Shown here piece by piece: positions 58,085-64,000 of a stretch of 64,000 nt of DNA (its first letter is position 1; each line of letters begins with the position of its first letter). Below the pieces are notes generated by a model that did not search any database, had not been told where the DNA came from, and saw only the letters and a program-made list of their open reading frames with translations. This stretch comes from an uncultured Deinococcaceae bacterium (GTDB lineage: Bacteria > Deinococcota > Deinococci > Deinococcales > Deinococcaceae), in contig CAXULY010000002.1 in the NCBI GenBank assembly GCA_964252075.1, positions 96,001 to 160,000 on the forward strand. The letters run 5' to 3'. Made by a program: the position numbers and the translations under genes.

Positions 58085-59002
58085 TCACCCCCGGAGCATG
58101 CGGCGCGCCTCCGCAAGCACGCGTTCGCGCAGTTCGGCGGGGTGCTGCACCTGCACGTCCCCGCCCCAGGACAGCACCCACGGCAGCGCGTCCTGCGGGT
58201 CCCGCACCAGGAGCGTCACCTCCACCGCGTCCCCCACGCGCGCGATGGCCTCCTGGCTGTCGCTGGGGCGCTCCAGCAGGGCGCGGTGCAGGCGCGCGGG
58301 GAAGCGCAGCTGCACGCGCACGTGCCGCCGCTCGCGCAGCGGGGACGGCGCGGCGCGCCACGCGGGGTCAGGCTGGTAGGTGTCCGCCGTGACGCGCAGG
58401 TCCTCCATGCGGCTGAGGCGGAAGGTGCGCCGCGCGCCGCGCACGGGGTCGAAGGCGCCGAGCAGCCACGCGCCCCGCAGGTGCACGAGCGCCGTGGGGT
58501 GCACGCGCCGCACCTCGGGCGGCGCGTCCGGCTTGTGGTACGTGAAGGTCACGGTGCGGCGCAGCAGCAGCGCCGTCCGCAGGGGCGGCAGGTGCGGCGC
58601 GTCCGGCGCGCTGGGCGGGGGAATGAAGTGCAGGTGCCCGCGCAGGGCGCGCACCTCGTCCCGCCTGGCGTCGGGCAGCGCCGAGAGCAGTTTCTTCACG
58701 GCCTGCTCCGCGGCGCGCGCGTACTCCTCGTCGAAGGCCCCACGCAGGGCGTCCGCGCCGAGCAGCAGCAGGACCGCCTCGGGCGGCGTGAAGTGCAGGG
58801 GCGGCAGGCGGTAACCGTCCATCAGCCGGTAACCCCGGCCGGGCAGGCTCACCACAGGCACGCCGGACTCCTGGAGGGCCAGCATGTCGCGGTAGATGGT
58901 GCGGACGCTCACCTCGAAGTGACGCGCGAGCGGCTCGGCGCGCGTCCAGGTGTCCGTGTGCAGTTCGAGCAGCAGGGCGAACAGTCGGTCCGTGCGGTTC
59001 AT
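58085..59002 (-). CDS. YafY-family HTH-WYL transcriptional regulator
   Basis: MNRTDRL, FEVSVRTIYRD, GRGY, RRVHP...WLL...RTFRLSRM. Confidence 0.95.
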   Translation of the reverse strand: MNRTDRLFALLLELHTDTWTRAEPLARHFEVSVRTIYRDMLALQESGVPVVSLPGRGYRLMDGYRLPPLHFTPPEAVLLLLGADALRGAFDEEYARAAEQAVKKLLSALPDARRDEVRALRGHLHFIPPPSAPDAPHLPPLRTALLLRRTVTFTYHKPDAPPEVRRVHPTALVHLRGAWLLGAFDPVRGARRTFRLSRMEDLRVTADTYQPDPAWRAAPSPLRERRHVRVQLRFPARLHRALLERPSDSQEAIARVGDAVEVTLLVRDPQDALPWVLSWGGDVQVQHPAELRERVLAEARRMLRG

Positions 59003-59028
59003 GGCCTCCTCCCTCACCGCCGCGCGGG

Positions 59029-60924
59029 TCAGGTGGGCTCGGGGTGCGGAGCGAGCGGCAGGCTGAAACTGAAGGTCGCGCCCTCGTCCGGGCGGGACTG
59101 CGCCCACACCTGCCCGCCGTGCCGGAACACGATGCGCTGCACGTTCGCCAGCCCGATCCCGACGCCCTCGAAGTCCTGCGCGCGGTGCAGGCGCTGGAAG
59201 GCCCCGAAGAGCTTGTCGGCGTACTTCGGGTCGAAGCCCACGCCGTTGTCCCGCACGTGCAGCACGTGCTCCTGCGCGGTGGTGTCGGCCCACACCTCGA
59301 TGCGCGCCTCGTCGCGCGGGCGGGTGTACTTCACGGCGTTCGACAGCAGGTTGCTGAGGACCTGCGTGAGCAGCCCACGGTCCGCGGACACCACCGGCAG
59401 CGCGCGCACCTCCCACACCACGCGGCGCGACTCGGTTTCCGGCGCGAGGTCCTGCTGCACCTCCTGCACGAGCCCGTTCAGGTCCACCTGCGAGAGCCGC
59501 AGGGGCGCGCGGCCCGTGCGCGCGAAATCCAGCAGGGCGTCCACCAGCGCGGACAGGCGCGCCGCCGCCTGGTCAATCACCGTCACGTACTTCAGGCTGC
59601 GGTCCCGCGCGCCCTCCTGCACGCTCTCCCGCAGCAGGCCCGCGAAGCCCTGCACGTGCCGCAGGGGCGAGCGGAGGTCATGCGAGACGCTGTAACTGAA
59701 GGCGTCGAGTTCCGCGTTCAGCACCCGCAGCTGCTCCATGGTGGTCTCCAGGTCCTGGTTGCGCACCTCCAGCGCCTCCTGCTGCGCGTGCAGTTGCCCG
59801 TCCATGGCGGCGCGTTCCGCGGCGAGGGTGAGGCCCCGCCCGACCGCGGTGAACACCGCGCGGTTCCGCTGGGTCCACACGTCCGCGCCGACCACCGTCG
59901 CGGCGAGCAGGCCCACCACGCGGTCGTTCACCACGACGGGGTACGCGGCGCGCGCCCAGGCGCCCGCCGCTTCGGCGCTCATGCGCGCGCCGATCACGGG
60001 CCACGCCTCCAGGAACATGGGGGCGCGCGTGGCGCTGGCGTCTCTGAAGATCGGGAAGTCCACAGGAAGGCCCGCGCGGGCCAGCCGGAAGCTGGGGTCC
60101 TCGTGCGTGCCCGCCCATACGCGCAGCGCCCAGCGGTCCCCGACGCGCTCGAAGTACCCGGCGCTGCCCGCCTCGAAGGCCGTGAGCAGCGCGTCGGACG
60201 CCTTCTGCGCGAGGTGATCAAGCTGCGTGTCGCGCCCCACCGACTCCGTGAAGGCCTCGAAGGCCCGCAGCGCCGCCGTTTCCGCCGCGAGCGCGTCGTT
60301 GCTGCGCTGCAGCTGCTGCGTGCGGTCCTGCACCTGCGCCTCCAGGTCCTGCTGCCACGTGAGGCGCTCCGTCTCGGCGCGCGTGCGTTCCAGCGCGAGC
60401 GCGCACAGGCCCGCGAGGGTGAGGGCGAAGTCACACTCGACGGCGGTGAAGGCGCGGTCCTCGCTGAAGGTGAGGGTGACGAGGCCCAGGATCTCCTCCT
60501 GCACCTTCAGCGGCAGCGCCGCGACGCTGCCTGGCGGCGCCTCAGGCAGCGCCAGCATCTCGGGGTAGCTGCGGGCGAGGTCCTGCTGCGTGAGGAAACG
60601 CGCCTCGCCGTCCCGCGCGGTGTCCAGCACTGGCCACGGGGGGCCGTCGGCCGTCAGGTCGAGGTGCCGCCACGCGTCCAGCATGTCGGGCGGGTACCCG
60701 ACGTCACTGACGAGCAGCAGCATCTGGTGTGAGGTCTCGAACAGGTAGATGCCGCCCGCCGCGGCGTTCAGGCCGCCGAGGGCGTGGGTGAGCGTGGCGT
60801 CCAGCACCTCGGAGGGGGTGGTCGCGCGCGTCAGGGCCACCGCGAGTTCGGCCATCTGGCGGAAGTGCCGGGATGCGGAGTCAGGCGGGTCCGGTTGGGA
60901 CGAACGGCCACCGGGGGGAAGCAC
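59029..60924 (-). CDS. GAF sensor histidine kinase
   Basis: YSVSHDLRSPL, NAVKY, DNGVGF, GVGIGL; start uncertain. Confidence 0.9.
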   Translation of the reverse strand: MLPPGGRSSQPDPPDSASRHFRQMAELAVALTRATTPSEVLDATLTHALGGLNAAAGGIYLFETSHQMLLLVSDVGYPPDMLDAWRHLDLTADGPPWPVLDTARDGEARFLTQQDLARSYPEMLALPEAPPGSVAALPLKVQEEILGLVTLTFSEDRAFTAVECDFALTLAGLCALALERTRAETERLTWQQDLEAQVQDRTQQLQRSNDALAAETAALRAFEAFTESVGRDTQLDHLAQKASDALLTAFEAGSAGYFERVGDRWALRVWAGTHEDPSFRLARAGLPVDFPIFRDASATRAPMFLEAWPVIGARMSAEAAGAWARAAYPVVVNDRVVGLLAATVVGADVWTQRNRAVFTAVGRGLTLAAERAAMDGQLHAQQEALEVRNQDLETTMEQLRVLNAELDAFSYSVSHDLRSPLRHVQGFAGLLRESVQEGARDRSLKYVTVIDQAAARLSALVDALLDFARTGRAPLRLSQVDLNGLVQEVQQDLAPETESRRVVWEVRALPVVSADRGLLTQVLSNLLSNAVKYTRPRDEARIEVWADTTAQEHVLHVRDNGVGFDPKYADKLFGAFQRLHRAQDFEGVGIGLANVQRIVFRHGGQVWAQSRPDEGATFSFSLPLAPHPEPT

Positions 60925-60980
60925 ACAGGTAAACTAACAGCCCAGCCGCGCGGTGTGGTTTCATCGCCACTTCATGCCTG

Positions 60981-61018
60981 CGGGCGGGGGGTGAGGCGCG
61001 CGCCTCACCCCCCGCCCG
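60981..61018. terminator. 38-bp perfect palindrome, probable terminator
   Basis: CGGGCGGGGGGTGAGGCGC|GCGCCTCACCCCCCGCCCG. Confidence 0.65.
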
Positions 61019-61027
61019 GACGCGCCT

Positions 61028-61408
61028 TCAGTTCGCGCGGCGGTACGGGGCGAGGGCGTTGTCGCGCTGCGCCTGGGCGCGCACCTGGGGCCGCACGCAC
61101 ACCACGTCCCCCGCGAAGGCCTCCCGCCACACGTACCCGTTCAGGCAGGTGTTCGACCCCGCCCAGCCCTGCGCGTCCACCCGCTCGCCCGCCCGCGCGT
61201 TGTCTCGCGCGGTCTGCTCGCGCACCTGTGGGGTCACGCACACGTGGTCCCCAGGGATGGCCACCCGCCACACGTAGCCCTGCGCGCAGGTGTCCGGGCC
61301 GTAGGGCAGTGGCGCCGCGCCCGCACTGCCGAGCGCGGCCAGGGCGCCCCCGAGGGCGCTGGCGAGCAGGAGGGGACGGATGGTGGTCAGGGTGCGGGTC
61401 AGGTTCAT
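61028..61408 (-). CDS. Small secreted protein with two Cys-pair repeats
   Basis: Signal peptide; TCxxGYVWRxAxxGDxVCVxP twice; GGAGG RBS. Confidence 0.85.
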   Translation of the reverse strand: MNLTRTLTTIRPLLLASALGGALAALGSAGAAPLPYGPDTCAQGYVWRVAIPGDHVCVTPQVREQTARDNARAGERVDAQGWAGSNTCLNGYVWREAFAGDVVCVRPQVRAQAQRDNALAPYRRAN

Positions 61409-61565
61409 GGGGTCCTCCTTGCCGGGAGGGTCGGCCCGCTGGGCGCGTCCTCCTGAAGCTCCTGCAAGGTAGGCGCGCGCGCGTCCCGGTCACCAGAGAC
61501 CGCCCCTGTCCCGGCCACCGGGACGCGGCGCGCACGGTGGCGCGCCGCTGCGGGTAAGCTGCGGC

Positions 61566-61838
61566 ATGACCATCCGCATCCTGTGGGAGCACGGCGACCT
61601 CGCGAGTCAGGTGGAGGGGCAGATCGTGGCGAGCGACGTGCCGTGGGCCGAGGTGGGGCAGCGCGTCATCGTGGACGCCGCCGCGCCCTACCAGGACAAC
61701 GAGCACCACGCGGCGCACGAGGCGCGCGGTTACGTGCTGCGCTTCCCGAACCAGGGGAACACCCAGCACCACATTCAGGACCCCGTGCGGGCGCCCGGCG
61801 ACCCCGCGCACCTCGTCATCACCCTCACGGAGGACTGA
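61566..61838 (+). CDS. Hypothetical protein (90 aa)
   Basis: Host-like codon bias. Confidence 0.6.
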   Translation: MTIRILWEHGDLASQVEGQIVASDVPWAEVGQRVIVDAAAPYQDNEHHAAHEARGYVLRFPNQGNTQHHIQDPVRAPGDPAHLVITLTED

Positions 61839-61886
61839 GGCCCGGCGCTGAAGGGCAGGGGCACGTCCGCCGGTGCTGAGCCCGCC

Positions 61887-62825
61887 TCAGCCGGGTGGAC
61901 CCAGCGGCACGCCCAGGGCGCGCCCGTGCGCGGCGAGCGCGTCGCGGACGGAGGGGTGCCGGGCGAGGAGGGCGTGTGCGGCGTCCGCGTCGATGCCGCA
62001 CTGCACGGTCAGCATGGCGGCCTTGGCGTTCCAGTTGCAGGCGTGCAGCGCGGCCACCGCGTCCGCCTCGCTGACGGCCGTGGCGGCGATGACGAGCTGC
62101 ACGGCGCGCTGCCGCAGTTTGTCGTTCGTGACCTGCAGCTCCACCATCAGGTTCCGGTAGACCTTCCCCAGGCGGATCATCACGGTGGTGGACAGCGCGT
62201 TCAGCGCGATCTTCTGCGCGGTGCCGGCCTTCAGGCGGGTGTTCCCGGCGATCACCTCCGCGCCCGTCGCGAGCAGGATGGGGTGGTCCGCCTCCGTGAG
62301 CAGCGCGGAGTCCGGGTTGTTCGCGAGGGCGACGCTCATGGTGCCGCGCTGCCGCGCGGCGCGCACCGCGCCGACCGTGTAGGGCGTGCTGCCGGACGCG
62401 GCGGCCGCCAGCAGCACGTCGTGGGGAGTGGGGGCGTGCGCGAGCAGGTCCTGCGCGCCGCTCGCTTCGGCGTCCTCCGCCGCCTCGCGCTCCGCGAGGG
62501 TGGGGAGGCCCGCGCCCGCCAGCAGCGCGATGGTGCGGTCCATGGGGAAGGCGAAGGCGGGGAAGAGTTCGTACGCGTCGAGCTGCGCGAGGCGCCCGCT
62601 GGTGCCGGCGCCCGCGTAGAACAGGCGGCCCCCACGCACCAGTTGCTCCGCGATGGCGTGCGCGGCGCGCGCGAGGTCCGGCGCGGCGACCAGCACCGCC
62701 TGCACCGCGTGGTGCTGGTCAAGCGTCAGGGCGGTGATGATGTCCTGCGCGCTGCGCGTGTCGAGGTTCGCGTACTGCTCGTCGATGTGTTCGGTGGGGC
62801 GCCTCCGGGGCGGCGGGCCGCTCAT
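61887..62825 (-). CDS. murQ: N-acetylmuramic acid 6-phosphate etherase
   Basis: YAGAGTSGRL, ASGSTPY, TRLKAGTAQK, GKVYRNLMV. Confidence 0.85.
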   Translation of the reverse strand: MSGPPPRRRPTEHIDEQYANLDTRSAQDIITALTLDQHHAVQAVLVAAPDLARAAHAIAEQLVRGGRLFYAGAGTSGRLAQLDAYELFPAFAFPMDRTIALLAGAGLPTLAEREAAEDAEASGAQDLLAHAPTPHDVLLAAAASGSTPYTVGAVRAARQRGTMSVALANNPDSALLTEADHPILLATGAEVIAGNTRLKAGTAQKIALNALSTTVMIRLGKVYRNLMVELQVTNDKLRQRAVQLVIAATAVSEADAVAALHACNWNAKAAMLTVQCGIDADAAHALLARHPSVRDALAAHGRALGVPLGPPG

Positions 62826-62826
62826 G

Positions 62827-64000
62827 TCAGGCCGTCCCCCGCTGCGGCACCTGCAGCTCCACGGGGAGCCGCCCCTGGGCGGGCGCGCCCTTCAGCACGG
62901 CGCGGAGTGCCGCGAGGTTGCTGGGGCGAAAGCCGTAGGTGATGAGCGCGGGCCCCAGCACCCGCGCGGCGTGGTAGGGGTTCCACAGCGCGGCGAACAG
63001 GTGCGGCGCGCCGAGCGCGAAGGCGGCGTCCATGAGCGCGCGCTCGGCGGGCGCGAGGTCCCAGCGGCCCGTGCTGGCGAACAGCACGAAGTCCGGCTGG
63101 CTGGCGCGCACGGCGTCCAGGGCCTCCAGGGGCGCGTCCGGGGGGTACAGCACGGCGTTCAGGTGCGGGTAATCCTCGCGCAGCAGCGCGGCGAGCGTCT
63201 CGCCGGGCAGGTGGTCCTCGTAGGGGCCGCCCACCGCGGCGGACTGCGGGGCGACCAGCAGCACCCGCTGGTCCGCGCGGGGCCGCGTGAGGGACCCGAC
63301 CGCCGTGACGGCGCGCAGGGCGGCCTCCCGGACGGTCCGTTCGTCCGCCGCCTGCGCGCCCGCCGGGTAGGGGCGGGGCGTGCCGGGGAAGCGGGCGGCG
63401 GCGCGCGTGAGGCGCGCGCGGGCCTCCTGCACCCGCGCGGGCGTGAGCCGACCATCCGCGAGGGCACGCTGGACGGCCTGCACCTGCCGCGTCTGGGCGT
63501 CCAGGTCGCCGTGCGTGCAGGCGAGCACCGCGTCCGCGCCCGCGATGAGCGCGAGCGCGGCGCCCTCGCCGTTCGGGTGGCGCGCCGCGATGGCCTGCAT
63601 GTCGGTGGCGTCCGTGACGACCACGCCGTCGTACCCCCACGCGCCGCGCAGCAGGTCCGTGAGGATCGCCGGGGAGAGCGTCGCGGGGTGCACGGGGTCC
63701 AGCGCGGGGTACATGATGTGCGCGGTCATCATGGAGCCCACCCCGGCCCGCGCGGCGCGGCGGAAGGGCAGCCACTCGGTGGCCTCCAGCGCCGCGCGGT
63801 CCTTCCGCACCACGGGCAGGTCGAGGTGGCTGTCCACATCGGTGTCGCCGTGCCCGGGGAAGTGCTTCACGGACGCCAGCACCCCGGCGTCCTCGCTGCC
63901 CTGCGCCCACGCCACGCCGAGGCGCGCGACGAGGTCCGGGTCGCTGCCGAAGCTGCGCTCGCCGATCACCGGGTTGGCGGGGTTGTTGTTCACGTCGAGG
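62827..64000 (-). CDS. nagZ: GH3 beta-N-acetylhexosaminidase (5' end outside window)
   Basis: NPVIGERSFG, KHFPGHGDTDVDSH, MTAHI, PATLS, VVTD. Confidence 0.9.
   Translation of the reverse strand, partial: LDVNNNPANPVIGERSFGSDPDLVARLGVAWAQGSEDAGVLASVKHFPGHGDTDVDSHLDLPVVRKDRAALEATEWLPFRRAARAGVGSMMTAHIMYPALDPVHPATLSPAILTDLLRGAWGYDGVVVTDATDMQAIAARHPNGEGAALALIAGADAVLACTHGDLDAQTRQVQAVQRALADGRLTPARVQEARARLTRAAARFPGTPRPYPAGAQAADERTVREAALRAVTAVGSLTRPRADQRVLLVAPQSAAVGGPYEDHLPGETLAALLREDYPHLNAVLYPPDAPLEALDAVRASQPDFVLFASTGRWDLAPAERALMDAAFALGAPHLFAALWNPYHAARVLGPALITYGFRPSNLAALRAVLKGAPAQGRLPVELQVPQRGTA

Noticed and set aside
1..64000. Many long overlapping or antisense ORFs (e.g. 1967-3700, 7219-9324, 34742-36703, 49539-51893, 55384-57720)
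   Set aside because: Arg/Ala/Pro-rich shadow frames of real genes, expected at high GC
1..64000. CRISPR array, tRNA, rRNA, IS transposase
   Set aside because: No regularly spaced repeat-spacer units or recognisable structural-RNA or transposase motifs seen by eye

Overview
High-GC bacterial chromosomal window; gene content and codon style suggest a Deinococcus-like organism (inference). Left to right: (1) an MFS gene and a PLP aminotransferase, divergent from a SAM-I riboswitch-led ssuD-A-C-B sulfonate operon; (2) a GH64 beta-1,3-glucanase lipoprotein; (3) a ~9.3-kb decayed prophage-like element (9288-18598), bounded by 34-bp imperfect inverted arms, carrying a collagen-like lipoprotein, AT-rich cargo, tail-like genes and an N-terminally truncated large serine integrase; (4) a divergent pair of GH18 chitinase lipoproteins sharing a 246-bp near-perfect inverted repeat; (5) an ~18-kb Wzx/Wzy polysaccharide locus (two priming transferases, wbpABDE-like genes, wzx, wzy, two glycosyltransferases, wzc) that also encodes an O-antigen-ligase-family protein, a TPR protein and two paralogous small secreted proteins, both ending in VTPTGA; (6) a LacI regulator with GH55 and GH128 glucanase lipoproteins; (7) ordinary regulatory and metabolic genes: AraC, a quinone oxidoreductase, three histidine kinases, a receiver/thioredoxin-reductase-like fusion, WYL/VOC/pentapeptide genes, murQ and a partial GH3 nagZ. 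The best candidate for an undescribed system is the VTPTGA-protein / ligase / TPR module, possibly a dedicated protein-glycosylation or polysaccharide-anchoring system. No rRNA, tRNA or CRISPR array was seen. All family assignments come from motif recognition, not database searches.
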